A DNA stretch of 64,000 nucleotides from the human T2T-CHM13v2.0 reference genome, Homo sapiens. The DNA lies in the NCBI RefSeq assembly GCF_009914755.1, contig NC_060944.1, one strand, 5' to 3'. Position 1 is the first letter of the stretch. Each line of letters opens with the position of its first letter. The translations under genes and the position numbers were made by a program. Below are positions 1-12,515 of this stretch, one piece after another. The notes beneath the pieces were generated by a model. The model searched no databases. It saw nothing but the letters and a program-made list of their open reading frames with translations, and was not told where the DNA came from.

Positions 1-240
1 GACCATCGTAGGTACTCAATCAATAGCTATGTGGCAAATGAGTATGCCAGTGGGGTAACCCTGGGCAAGTCCCTTCACCACACTGGGTTGGTCCCAATGT
101 CCTGTGAGATAACAGGGCTAGGTGAACTAATTCCTCAGTTCCTGGCTAGTGCTCCAGGCTGAGATTCTCTGTCTGGTGAACTTGATTTCATCACGTGGCA
201 GATGTTACCCAGGGTAGATCCCTCCCGGGGTCTTGCTAAC

Positions 241-375
241 CTGACAAATGAAAGCGAAAGCTTGCCTTCCAACCCACTTAGAACAGTGCCGGAACCTTAT
301 GATGAGCTCATTGATGAAATTTAACCCCAATGCACTTTCACTGTTGGAATAGAACTTCTGCAGAATTGCCACGAC
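241..375 (-). pseudogene. PPP4R1L: exon (exon 18-equivalent), 135 nt
   Basis: CACAG|GTC...CAG|GTTAG; VVAILQKFYSNSESALGLNFINELIIRFRHCSKWVGRQAFAFICQ. Confidence 0.92.
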
Positions 376-1154
376 CTGTGAAAAACATCAGAAGAGCACA
401 TTTAAAATGCTGCCATCTATTTGAATTATGAATACTACTCTACACGGAAACTAGACATTTTTATGCATCCTTCCACCTTTAAAATGAATTTATAGGCGCA
501 GGAGAAAGTAATTTTTGTCACGGTCATCATTAGAACACAGAGAAAAAAGATGTTTAAATATAGGCAATACACACACACACATAAAACCCTTCATAAAAAT
601 GAAACTTCAAAGGAGACTGACATTAGAAAAATACATTCTTAATCTTAAGGTTCCAAATTTTAGAGCATGTCCCCTTGCTTAATAACTAAATCATTACCTT
701 TCAGAACATGTCATTTTTATAAAATTTTAATACCATCAGAGTATCTTAAAATCAATATTGTCAAATGTGATTTTTTTTCATCAGTATTCAGCTGGTGTAA
801 AGCCCACATAAAAAAATAGGATCAGCTTTTCTACAGCAGAGTCTTTGCTCACTAAATATTTTTCTACAAAACCAAGCTGTAAATCAACCTGTATTTTAAA
901 AACACTAACCTATGGCTTAAAGAGTTTCATATATAAAAGGATTACTCCACAATTGCCGTCACTGAAACATATAACAAAAAAAGCTATCCTACAAATTGAT
1001 AAAACTATAATATAGTTCCTAATTTCAAATTTTAAAAGCTAGTTTCATAGGTTAGCTGACAAAGTAAGCCCAGAAAAATTAAAAGAGTTAAAATGGAAGA
1101 TACATCAACATTCCTATTTGTAAAAATCACAGAGCAAATGCCCTGATTCCTTAC

Positions 1155-1275
1155 TAGTTTGAAGGAGATCCACCGAACTTCAGAAACTTGATCTGCACAC
1201 AACTTTAAGGCAATGTGCATTAGGTAATCATAAACATCATTGGGACTATAGAGTTCCAGAATCAGTATCAGCTGT
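1155..1275 (-). pseudogene. PPP4R1L: exon (exon 17-equivalent), 121 nt
   Basis: TTCAG|A CAG...CTA|GTAAG; QLILILELYSPNDVYDYLMHIALKLCADQVSEVRWISFKL. Confidence 0.93.
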
Positions 1276-1699
1276 CTGAAATTAAAAGGAAAACAACAAC
1301 AACAAAAACAACAACAAAAAAAACATTATTTTTGGGCAAAAAAAAAAAATTATTGATTTCTTTTTACTGTTATTTCATCTTACAGATAAAAATAGCCAGG
1401 CTGGGAAATGAACAGCAAAAGACCCAGCAAGATTTCGGTCTTCAGTAAAATGCCAACAGCAGAAAGCTGAGCAAAATGACCATGCAAAAAAAATGTGAAC
1501 AAAATTTTAATTCTTCATCTCACACACATACAAATCAAACAAAAAGGAAATAAACTCTGTAAAATAGAGGCTGAGAAATTTATGAATACAGATTTAATAT
1601 TTCAATTTTAGGTTATCAGTTGAAAAGCACATAAAACTTTAAAAATCAGATAACATAAAAATAGCCAGAATGTTGAAGTTCACAAAGGTCAACAGATCA

Positions 1700-2300
1700 A
1701 GCGAACACTCTGAGATTGCACGACCGCCCCGGCGTTTCTCCGACTGCAAACCGAACCGGATGCTCCTGCTCGCGGCTCTTGGCAGCACGAGGTGGTTTCA
1801 CTGCAGCGAGGTCCGCTTGGAGAGAACTGGGAGCGCGTGCTCCTTACTCCGAAAGACAAAAGCATGCAGGAGACGGCTGGCTGCGAAAACCCACTACCAA
1901 AGCTTTCACTACTTTCTAAATGGGGATGGGGAGAAGGGCATGAAAATAAATGACATTGCTTTCACCCAGGCAACGAAAGGAAATGAAAAAGAGATGGGGA
2001 GGAAGTTAGAACCAGAAGCCCGGAGTGCTGGTGAATACTTTCATATCAAAAAGCACCGTTTTCAAAAACATGATACCAATATCATGGGCACCGGAGCACA
2101 GAATTCATATCAGTCGCTGTGGCTTCAATAAGCCGGGAGATGGGAGATAGGGCGCGTAGGGGGCTAGATAACGTGGTCGGGCACTGGGGCCGCGCAACCA
2201 CCCGGGGAAGCCCCGCCGGGCACCGAGCGCGCCTACTTCCCGTGCGCCGCCGCTAGAGGTCGCACTGCTTTCATGGAAAACGTGGGCCTGTTTTTCTCGA
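1700..2300. promoter_or_regulatory. intronic CpG-rich patch (small CpG-island-like)
   Basis: Dense CpGs at about 1715-1890 and 2080-2300, in otherwise CpG-poor AT-rich flanks. Confidence 0.55.
2250..2264 (+). promoter_or_regulatory. CTCF-like motif
   Basis: CCGCTAGAGGTCGCA resembles the CTCF core CC(A/G)C(C/T)AG(A/G)(T/G)GGC(A/G) and lies within the CpG-rich patch. Confidence 0.55.
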
Positions 2301-3211
2301 CTCAGAACAGGATGCTGGGAACATGGTAAAATGACTGAAACCTCAATCTCTCAAATTAAGCAGAATGATTAAAGACCACAGCAAAGAGAAAGGCTTTCGG
2401 TTTGCCCCTGGCATCAGCCAAATCATATCCTGAATAGCTGCAAAAGCCTGATGAATTTATTCAGGGAAGACAATTATTTGAGAGATTTCTAGTTGTGGAT
2501 GAGAAAAATGAAAACTAAAGACACCGAAATGAAAACAAGGTAAAAACTAAAACCCAAACAACAACTGCCACAAACAAATTCCCTCCACACCGTGAAAGGC
2601 ACATTATATACCTTAGGAAGGGGAGTTATTTAAACTGATGCTTCCACCCTTTCATCATCACTAAAGCCTGGAACATTCCTTTTGCCAGCTCAAGACAGAA
2701 TTAAATAACTCCTTCAGGCACAAAATGATGTGCAGATAGGAGCCACCTTGGGGAACCTTTTTGTTTCATAATCATCTCATCTGGGTTAGACCCCTTCCTG
2801 TCTCCCACAGTAGCTAAAGGGCATTAAGCATGCTGTACCCTACGGAGAGGACCACACTCAGAATGTTCAGGAAAGCTCTGGTAAAAACTGCTCCGATTAA
2901 TAGGAAAACACTGAAGAGTGGGTGATTCATCTTTTATTTGGTTCAAATAAATTGCCTTCTAGAACAGCAGAACACTCTAATTCGAAAGTGACTCAAGCCC
3001 TGTCTTCATCTGAAAATGAATGTCTCCCCGGAGACTGTGGTATTTGTAACTCAGGGTTTTTGGAATTCTGTTTATACCTTAATAAAAACATAATCTCTTT
3101 ATCTAAAAGAACACTATTGCTGCTGCTTTAGAAATCAATTATATGGTAAGAAAATTAAGATTTATTCCATCTAGTTTGCTTTCTCATATCCCCAAATATG
3201 TTTTTACTTAC

Positions 3212-3312
3212 TCTGCTAGTTCATATCGAAACCTCCAATTCCTGCTGTTATCAGTCACTACAAATTCTTGAAGCTGATAAAGATAGTCTCTCCTCTTGTC
3301 TTCATGAAGCAA
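3212..3312 (-). pseudogene. PPP4R1L: exon (exon 16-equivalent), 101 nt
   Basis: AATAG|TTG...GCA GA|GTAAGT; LLHEDKRRDYLYQLQEFVVTDNSRNWRFRYELAE. Confidence 0.93.
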
Positions 3313-4241
3313 CTATTTTTTAAAAATGTATATATAAACAAACATGTATAATCCTTCAAAATGACCCCAAATGCCCCCTTTTATTCCACTTCCAATTATA
3401 CATTTGTCACTGGCAACAACTTTTGCATTTCCCCTACACCTCGTCATCTATCACGCAGCGTGGCTGCGAATGAACACTGCTGTACACTGACATCAAATGC
3501 ATCCCTGAACACCTCCAACCTTTTCCCCTGGCTAGGACATGTGCTTATTATGTATTTCTGAATGCCCCTGAGGTCTTCCTGCTTTAGTAATTTCCTATCT
3601 AAAAACAAAAAAACAGACAAACAAAAACCAGTCTGTGTGTGTTTGGAAGACAGTGTGCCACTGCCGCTTCCCAGGGAGCGAGGCTGCTCGGCACCAGGAG
3701 AGGAGAGACTCAGCTGGAGCAGCGCACACCAGAGTCCGTGAAGGGCAGCTCTTGGTCATGTGGATGAGAGTAATTAGTTTCTCTAGGTCATTTTTAAACT
3801 CTTATTTTTTATATTCATCGTTCGTTTGGGGGGGAGGGGGGGAAGCCAGAAGGGAAGCAGCAGCGACTTGCAGAAAAAGTGCTTCATGCAGAACAGAGGT
3901 TGGACTTCAGCCCAGGCTCTTCCCCTGGGTGACTTCTGGGCAAGTCAGGTCACTACCTGGGGGCCTTGATTTCTTCTTTTGCAAAGAGTGTGCTAGGCTT
4001 TGTGTCTACCATCTTCCACAGAATTAAAACTCTAATGGACAGGAAAATGAGGAGAAAAAAGTTTAAAATATTTACCCATCACTGAAAGAACATCCACTTT
4101 AAGATTATGGATGGTACATTTCAGCTAAAGAAAGCTAAACAACTGCATTGTTTTTTTCACTGACACCATAGACATCCAGGGCTTCACAAATTTGATTCGG
4201 AGAGAGGAGGCTTGTTTTTTGCTTTTAACCCTTCTTCCTAC

Positions 4242-4403
4242 CTTTAGAAAATCATACAGGTGTCTAAGAACTCCTATTCGCACTTCATCCAGATCCTTTA
4301 AAAATCCATTGAAGATAGGCACCAGGTCAGCTGCTGTTAACTGATCCCCAAGAATCACAGCCAGCTCGTGAATGGAGAAGGCTAGGGCTCGCCGTACCTT
4401 CCA
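4242..4403 (-). pseudogene. PPP4R1L: exon (exon 15-equivalent), 162 nt
   Basis: CCTAG|TGG...AAG|GTAGG; WKVRRALAFSIHELAVILGDQLTAADLVPIFNGFLKDLDEVRIGVLRHLYDFLK. Confidence 0.95.
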
Positions 4404-4660
4404 CTAGGGGTGCATAGCAGACACACGAATCACGACAAGCAAGTGCAATTCAACCTCTTCCGTATCTTACATGGCATTTTTGGAGCAAAATGAATACTGC
4501 CAGGTGTTGGCCACTTAAAGCTTTATTTCATCAGAGACCAGTAAACATGCCAATTTGCATCCACATAAAATTCAGGCCAATAAGCCTTGCTGCAGCTTCC
4601 CTTTTCTCCCTAATGAATGACCCACCCTCTTTCTGCACGTGCCTCTGGAAAGGCTTTTAC

Positions 4661-4846
4661 CTGTACATCAGAAGCCAGTGTTTCATATGTATCTTTCAGG
4701 CAGTGCCAATTTTGCCTGCCCAGGGTCAGTGCCACCCCTGGGAGGCTGTAGGCACAGTGTTTGGCTATGTCAGTATCGACAGTCTGGGCTCGAGCTGGGT
4801 CAGTCATGGACACATACTGATCTAGCAGCGGCTGAGTTATTACATC
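4661..4846 (-). pseudogene. PPP4R1L: exon (exon 14-equivalent), 186 nt
   Basis: CCCAG|GAT...CAG|GTAAA; DVITQPLLDQYVSMTDPARAQTVDTDIAKHCAYSLPGVALTLGRQNWHCLKDTYETLASDVQ. Confidence 0.95.
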
Positions 4847-5515
4847 CTGGGAAATGAGAGAGAAAGGAGGCCATCGTGAATGCAGGAAAATACTCATGAA
4901 AAACAAGGAGTTTGGAGTTTAGAGGTGAAAACAATAAAGCAGAAATGTGAGAGGAACATGAGGCCTTCCTAAAGCCAAAGGGCTTCAGATTGCCAACTCT
5001 GTTTTCTCCAGAGAGTGGGTTTTCAATTTTGCTTGAAGTGAAAGCAACACCCAAAACTCATCTTTTTAAGATTGGCACAATATTTGATATCATAGAGGAC
5101 AGTCTAGACAGCAATGTCTGCTTAGGCTGGTACATCCAGCTCTTGAGAATGGAGACTGCCTTCTCTTTTCTTACAACTGCCCCAAGAACCTAGCACCTGA
5201 GACCTTATACTCTGATAATCACGTCTATGTTTGACTGTGCTTGACTGAGATAGAACTCAATCAAATCAGTGTTAGATGTCTTATTTTTTTCTCATATTAG
5301 TTTGCTTTATTGAAAACACTATTATAGATTGTTCAGAAGCTTAAACACTACCTTACAATTAATTTTTTACAATTAGCAACACGAAATATGAATTAAAATA
5401 TGTAATCAATATTGATAGAAGAAAAAATATTTGGTTCCAATTCTTAAAGTTAACTTTAAGAAAATACACAGTTTTGAGTTGCCTCCCCGCCCCCCCGCCC
5501 CCGAAAGAAACGAAC

Positions 5516-5611
5516 CTGTAATTTAGATTTATTCTCTTCAAGTGGGGTGGGATCCTGCCTCTGGTCAGTCTCCAGATGGTCACTGGTTCCATTTCTGGGT
5601 CCACCTGGATC
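5516..5611 (-). pseudogene. PPP4R1L: exon (exon 13-equivalent), 96 nt
   Basis: TGTAG|GAT...CAG|GTTCG; DPGGPRNGTSDHLETDQRQDPTPLEENKSKLQ; same 32-codon length and EE..K.Q end as the recalled PPP4R1 exon. Confidence 0.8.
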
Positions 5612-8514
5612 CTACAGAGTTGATTGGACATGTTACCAATTTGCTCCAAAGGAAGCAGCTGTCCTGTCACTTCCCCTTCAAAGAGTCCTTTTTCAATGCC
5701 AGAAATTACTTCTGTAAGCCAAGGCAAAAGCTTTCCTTGAAGTCAATGGTATCTTTCCAGATGTTAAAAATTACATTTGCACAGTTACATATGATACTGT
5801 ATAAACCAGTTCTTTTAAGTGCTAAGGAAAATTGATTTCATACATTTTAATTTCAAGACTGCTGGAGGTCCTTACAGAAATACAAAGGCTAAAGTGAAAG
5901 CACTGAGGAGCAACCCTGTGAGTTTGCATCCACTATTCCTTATGCCCTAGGGACTCCCTGGTATGGCTAACCAACACCTTTAAGTAATATTCACATGTTT
6001 AAGGCACAGACTACTCCAGAAGGGTGAGGTTTGCAAGAAGTGGTAGAGCCAGCACCTCCAGCATTTCTTGGTAATCAGGGATTGCAGCAATGGTGGGTCC
6101 CTGAAAGAGGATGGGGGCTGGGGAACCCAATGAATCTGAGAGAAAAGATGTGGCTGATACAGGAGTATTTAATCAGAAAATTGTCCTAGATTTTCACAGG
6201 TACAAACACTCCTGATGTTCGCTGATAAACCTTTACATTAGGTAAACAATTAAAATGAACAAGAACATTCAATGGTGACATTTTGGTCTCTGATCGTTGA
6301 TTAACATTAACTGAGATGGACCTGACCTTCTCCTTCAACCATAACATGGATTTCCAAGTTGCACTTGAAATGTCATACTGTCTACCAGCTTAATGGATTC
6401 TGACAAATCAGCTCAATATATGATCCAGGAAAGTCGATTAACACACCGATAGATGCTTCGTTTGCTCTGAGGCGCGCCACCAGAACCTTCAATTCCCAAG
6501 GTTTTCACTGATATGTACTATTTATTTTAACAGAGGACATGATAAAACAGAAATATTTTGGTATAAAAACCTAAGACCTCAATTTCTTGTGGTCTTATTA
6601 TTAATAAATTCACATATAGTAACAAGATGTGTCATTAGAATCACTATTATCCCTTTAGAAATTAATTTTATTCCAAAGTCTTCAGTGCAAGCATATGTGC
6701 AGCACTTAATCCAGGAGCCAAATCAAGGCTTAAGCAAATCACCACAAGTCATGGCACCTCCAGAAGGTATTGTGAGTTCCCCAAACCCCAGTGGGACACC
6801 ATGCTGGCTGGCTACCTGTGCACCCACCACTCAGCATCCAGCAGCCTTCTTTCTAGCAGGATCCCGACTCAGGGGGCTCCCATGTTTCTGCCCAGTTCAC
6901 CATGCTCAACCCATGAATGCACACCGTGACTGTGGCCAGGAAGAGGGAGGCAGAAGGAGAGGGCAGGGAGGTGGTTTCCCGCCTGGGGTGTCCTTGTTCT
7001 TCAAAAGAGACAAGTGGGAAGACACAGGCCCCGCCTTCCACTGGGCATTTCATGCTGACAAAAGCCACCACAGCAGAGGGGAAGGGTGGACAGATCAGCA
7101 CCAAAGGTATGGAGTCTAGCAGCCCAGAAGCTGCCCAACCACAGCACTTCTTCCTCTTGTCTTGTGCAAGAGAACATTTTCCTCATGGTTCTTGGAGTTT
7201 TTTATTTCCTCTCCCTTCTTTTGCGACAGGAAGCATCCTAATTAATCCCACTAGGATCTTGGAGTCAAGCCGCAAATTCAAGGGCTCTGCCCTCCCACAC
7301 CATAAAACAAAGGCTCCATTACACAAACCCTTTTAAAGCTGCAACTCAAAAGCCCCAGCCTGGAGGAATCTGTTCTTTTTTTTTTTTTTCACCTCTATGA
7401 TAAAGAAGTCCAAATACTATCACATCCCCACCAAGGTAAATGTGGTCACACCCTTCTACTTAACACTTGCAACTTTTGCACTCTAGGTAACAAGGTTGAC
7501 AATAATGAGCTTTCTTGCTAATTTTTTTAGCAACAAACCAGCAGAAGAGGATATCACCCCATTTCTTATTAATCACAGATAACCAACTCCTACACATTTT
7601 ATGTTTGAGTTCTAAAATGTTTTATTTTGCTTTATTAGAGCAGGCCTAAGGGGTAAGGGAGGTGTTAATCACTGAAATCAAGTTCTAAACTGTATGAATA
7701 GAGAAACAACTGGTATTTAGGCCCTGGAGACCATGAGATTGAAGAGATTATCCATCATGGCACATGATAATGACACGGTGCTATCCCAATGACTGTATGA
7801 CCACAGACTCCTCCCTCATTTTAATCCTCCATTCTGCCCCCCTACCTGTGGAAGACCCCAACTTAAAGTGGTCCAAGTGGAAGCTTAGTAGAAACTAGGA
7901 CAGCTCAAGAACCTCCAGCTACAAGGGGTTGACCCAAGCTTCTGGAGAAACCTGAAGAAATAAATCATGGGCCCCTCTTCACTCCAGCTTTGGGGCCGTG
8001 GACTCACAAGGGGCTGGTTCCACCCACAGGAGGAAGGGGGTCACTGGTGCTTTTTCAAAAGAAAGAGAAACAGCATGCCAGGACCAGCACTGGAGCATCC
8101 ACGTATGCCAGAGCGCCTACCAAATGGGCGGCTGGTGTGACAGCTGCTCTGGGAGGCCTCGTCCACTTGAAATTCCAGGAACTGCCTGAATTCACCCTCC
8201 ACTATTATTAAAAGATGTTGATGTCTGTTAGCAGTGACACAGAGCATTTACATGGTTAACCTCCCCAAAGAAGAAGTTCTTGTCATCTCTGGAGAAGAGG
8301 GAAGGTACTTTCTGGTGCCCACCCGTCTTCGTGGGAGCGCGTCGGCACTATCAATCACCTGATTGATTGGTTGTCTAGTTATCCAAAACATGACCTTAAG
8401 AATAAAATGAAATTTGCCATTTATCATCTCTGCTGGGATATATTAATAAGAGAAAATGCTGCTTTGTGATTTCTGTCACATCCTCGGTGGCTGAGGGATA
8501 CGGCAAATACTTAC

Positions 8515-8708
8515 TGGGCTTTGTAATATCCTGGCCACAAAGAGCTCATCCTGAGATGATGAGGCCGCCAGAGCGATCTGATTGTCAGAGGCAGAGCTGG
8601 GATGTGAAATGGACACTTCCTTTAGGCCTGCTGTTGGCTTGCTCTCAGCTTCATTCACGCAGTCGAGCTGTGCAGCTCTCAGTGCAGCGGATAATACCTG
8701 AACTTGAG
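8515..8708 (-). pseudogene. PPP4R1L: exon (exon 12-equivalent), 194 nt
   Basis: TCCAG|CT CAA...CCA|GTAAGT; AQVQVLSAALRAAQLD... vs PPP4R1 AQVEVLSAALRASSLD. Confidence 0.88.
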
Positions 8709-9329
8709 CTGGAGGAAGAGAAGTTTCAAGAAATTTAACAACTTTATTTGGTTTGTGGGGGTTTACTTCAGAGAAGTCTTCAAAACAACATAGTCTGCAC
8801 TAAGCTACATGGTGTGGGTGTACTACACTGACACGTATCTGTTCTGAAGTGACAATGCTCTGGAGTCTCAAGCTCTCGGCAAGGTGGTGATATTTCCGGC
8901 CACTAACAATTAACTACTTCAACTAAATGCCAGCCATGCACAGAACATCAAACCTGAACTTGAAAAGTCTCAATTCGGAAAAACCCAAGTGACTCCACCA
9001 TGTTTCACAGAAAGACAGCATGGTATCACTGAACAAGGATGACTGGGAGGTCCAACAACTCAGTGAAGGGTATCCTGCTCCCCCATTTATAAAGCAGGAT
9101 GGCTACCTGCTCACATACACATACATACATGTGCACACACACACCCATGCATGAATACATCCATTTACACACAGATGAGTAATGCTCTCACTCACCAAGC
9201 CCCAAAGGCTGCCCATTCTTTCTGTCCAGAGTATGACAGTTTGAGACTATCTAAACAGTAAAGATAACATATTTCACATACCTTTCTGTAAAAATAAACG
9301 AATGTTTTAGTATCCTCAACCTCCCAAAA

Positions 9330-9330
<1 letters not shown>

Positions 9331-9367
<37 letters not shown>
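9331..9367. repeat. (CA)n microsatellite, about 18 units
   Basis: Uninterrupted AC repeat. Confidence 0.95.
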
Positions 9368-9370
<3 letters not shown>

Positions 9371-10791
9371 TACTTCCTGCATCCTGCTTCTATTAATTAA
9401 ATTTCGTGGACTCCAACATTCATCAAAACACTGAGAGCTTGTAGCTGGCTCTGCGCTGTGCCCAGGACAGGTCCCACCGCTCCAGTGCTACACACCAGGC
9501 CCTTCCCAATGGCCTGAGTGACATCTCCTGCCTGCCGTGGCCAGTTCACAAATAAAATGCATCACTTATTTCTAGATCTTCGGGGATCATAGATCCCTTT
9601 GAGCTCTGAAGAAAGCTATGGGCCTTGTCTTACAAAGAAATTAAGTATGCACAAACATGCAAGATTTTACAAATAATGATTTCAGGGAACTGAAAGAACC
9701 TTCTGAAACTCATCCCCTGACTTCTCTGAATGGTGGGTTCTCAGCCAATCTCTAAAGCCCAGGCCAAATGTCACCTGCTATGTAAGGTCTCTCCCAGACA
9801 TTTCCTCTACACATCGCATCCCCTCCGTTCCGAGCCCTCGCCATGCCCCACAGGGTGGCTGCCTGCACAATCCCCTTAACCATATCACAAGGGCCTCAGG
9901 GGCCACAGTCATCACTGCCCAGCCCCCAGTCCAGGTCTTACACTGGGGATTAAGGCAGCTCAGTAATGTGTTTTCCAAAAACAGACCTTTGTCTCTAGCT
10001 ATTAGAAGTGATATGTTACGTGTGCCCATTCCTTCAGCAAACATTGATTTAATTTCCTTCATAAATTTAAGGATAAAGAATAATCACAGGGCTAACTGAA
10101 TTTTCATAGTTCCCTTCCCGAAAGCTTCACAAATCTCTGCCCAGCAACAGCAGCAAGTGATGTTTTTTTCCAATTTCTCCAATGCAAGGAAGAATACAAA
10201 TATAGCACTGTGCAGAGAAGGAAGATCATGATAATGGGATATGGATTGCAAGGTCCAGATCCCTGATCAGATGCTCAGTGGGAGCACGAGTCATAAAATG
10301 AAAAATACCCCAAAGCAGTAGTTGTGCTTTTCCTTCCTGTACAAAGACAAGAACCTTAAAGTTTAGCTAAGGGCTGCGTTAATAGGCTCCAAAAGGAGGC
10401 CACCCTTGGCTGTTCGTAACTAGAAAGGGCATTCTATGTGGGAGATGATGTAAGAGTGTGTCTAAGGAGCTAATAAAATTTCCCCTGCCACAGACATGCC
10501 CACAAACTATCCACTTTCCTATCAGAACTGACTTCAGACTCTGTGCACGTCCATCTGCAAAATCAGAAAGCAAAATCATTGCATAGGTACCTGCACAGAG
10601 GTATTTCTGACTTTTCGAGCTGTACTGAGACTGAACAAGTCTCTCCTCTCAATGTGTATACAGTGTAAATGAATACAGGTCCACACGCACATGCGTCAGT
10701 ACACATGCCTGGGGAAGAAGGAAGTGGCGAAATGCAACACACGACACAGAAACATCCCATCTTCTCTTTAATGACAATGAACAACATTTAC

Positions 10792-11261
10792 CTTGAACAT
10801 CTGGATCATTCATCAGATGCTCCTGCAAGCTACCAAGGACTTTCTGAATCTCACTCCGGGCCACACAGCTGTTGTGCACAACCCCAGGTCTGCTGCAGTC
10901 GTCCTCCTGAGGCCCAGCCTCACTCAGAAGCAGCTCTAAGTCCTTGCTTATGTCAGGGAGAGGAGTTCACCAATAAAGAAAATGACTGAACACATCCTCA
11001 GTGTTCCCTGGGCAGGCCCAGGAATCTGATCCAGGGTAGCTGCTGATGGGGAGGTCATTCATGTCAGAAAGCTTTGAGCAGGCGCTGGTCTCTGGGGAAA
11101 CCCTGGTCCACTCAGCTCCAGCCGACACACAGCTTTCCACAGGGCTTTCCGCTGGGCCGTCAGAGGAGCTACTGCTGTGTGGGCAATCACTGGTTTTCGC
11201 TGAGGTCCCTTCCACAGGTAGCTCTGGCTCGCTCCGCACAGGCTTTGCTGAACGAGTTAAA
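10792..11261 (-). pseudogene. PPP4R1L: exon (exon 11-equivalent), 470 nt, carries in-frame TGA at 10967-10969
   Basis: CCTCAG|T TTA...CAA G|GTAAAT; low-complexity linker then EDVFSHFLYW*TPLPDISKDLE...LQEHLMNDPDVQ vs PPP4R1 ELYNSFHFWRTPLPEIDLDIE...LEPHIDDPDVK. Confidence 0.9.
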
Positions 11262-11581
11262 CTGAGGGAAGCAAACTTTTAATACTGTGTAACAGACTGA
11301 AAGCCACAGGGAAAAACATGAGAACCACATCCTCACCCAGTCCTCTACTTCCTAGCTGACCACTGGCCCCTCTTTGTGTCTCCTGGTGTCAGCTGACTAA
11401 AATCTCACGAGAGGATAAGAGGTTTGTCAACCCCCACTGCCCCGCCGGGAGTATGATGGGCACTGAAAACACCACTTGAAAGTTCAGCCGTTCTCTCCAC
11501 TATACTCCAGGGCTGAGCCGGCCTGGACTTCCGCTGGAGCACCTTCGGTACATTTCATCCATTTCCTGCTCATGAGTACCT

Positions 11582-11595
11582 CCACCAGAGGGCAG
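11582..11595 (+). promoter_or_regulatory. CTCF-like motif
   Basis: CCACCAGAGGGCAG, near-consensus CTCF core. Confidence 0.5.
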
Positions 11596-12330
11596 GCATT
11601 AGAAAACAAAAGGCGCTGAAACTGGTAAGAGGTGGCTATTTGTTAACCACTTTGAGGTCTTGAGGAAGACACTGCCCATGGGCCTGCCATACAGCAGGAG
11701 CTCAATGAACTCTGATGGAAGTGGGATGGAGGGAGGATGGGCCAACCTCGGAAGGATTTGTATTCTGTGAGGCATCAGTTACCCACTCTCACATGCCTGC
11801 ACGCTAGCGACAATGGAGAGACATTTACAAACGACCTCAAATAGGATGGCTGGTGTATACGCATCAGCCTCAGAGGAAAGACATGACAAAGCCAAGATCC
11901 AGCGCCATATTAGCAAACACTGGAGGGTCTACCGCTGTTGGTCAGGAGTGTCGCCTTTATGTACATGTAACCCAACCTCCAAAAAAGTACATTTGGGAGA
12001 CTTCACATTTTTCCCTAAGTAAATTACCCAGAGAACTTCATTCATCAAAAAGTAAGAGAAAATGTTCTTTATAGGTTATTTAATCACTAATCTCAATGAA
12101 TATTTTATCTAAATTTAGGAGACATAGTAGCTTCATTATTTATAACCCAGTAGTCATGTTTCAAAATCATTATTGCAATTACTTTTTGCTTCTTTACATA
12201 ATTAAAGCTCTAATATTCCATCTTGCCCAGAAGGTCACTACTAAAACTCGAGACAAGATAATTGCTGAAATTTTAGGTGGGTGCTTAAGGTACATCGAGG
12301 GTCCTGGTGGTGACCCTAGCCAGAGCATAC

Positions 12331-12515
12331 CTGGCAGGGGAAGTGTTACCACCACTGCTGGGAGCAGGGGAGCCAGAGGCAAAACCAGAGTCCAAATCCT
12401 GGGTGAGTGGCCAGATGCTCAGGGCGCCATCCTCTCGAAGATAAAGGCCAGCCCTGGAGGGGTTTGCAAAGGTGGAAGTGAAGGGGCCGAGGGACTGGAA
12501 GGCAGCCTGGTGCAC
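12331..12515 (-). pseudogene. PPP4R1L: exon (exon 10-equivalent), 185 nt
   Basis: TCCAG|GTG...GCC AG|GTATG; VHQAAFQSLGPFTSTFANPSRAGLYLRED...; phase-2 end matches the next exon. Confidence 0.88.

Noticed and set aside
1670-2131. 153-aa plus-strand ORF in the CpG-rich patch
   Set aside because: No recognizable domain; antisense and intronic; local GC richness lengthens ORFs by chance
6418-6472. Possible C/D-box snoRNA (ATGATC...CTGA)
   Set aside because: Box C is imperfect, there is no terminal stem, and it is antisense to the host transcript
10960-10975. Stop readthrough or selenocysteine at the TGA
   Set aside because: Context is UGA-ACU, not the readthrough-prone UGA-CUAG; the aligned residue is Arg, not Cys or Sec
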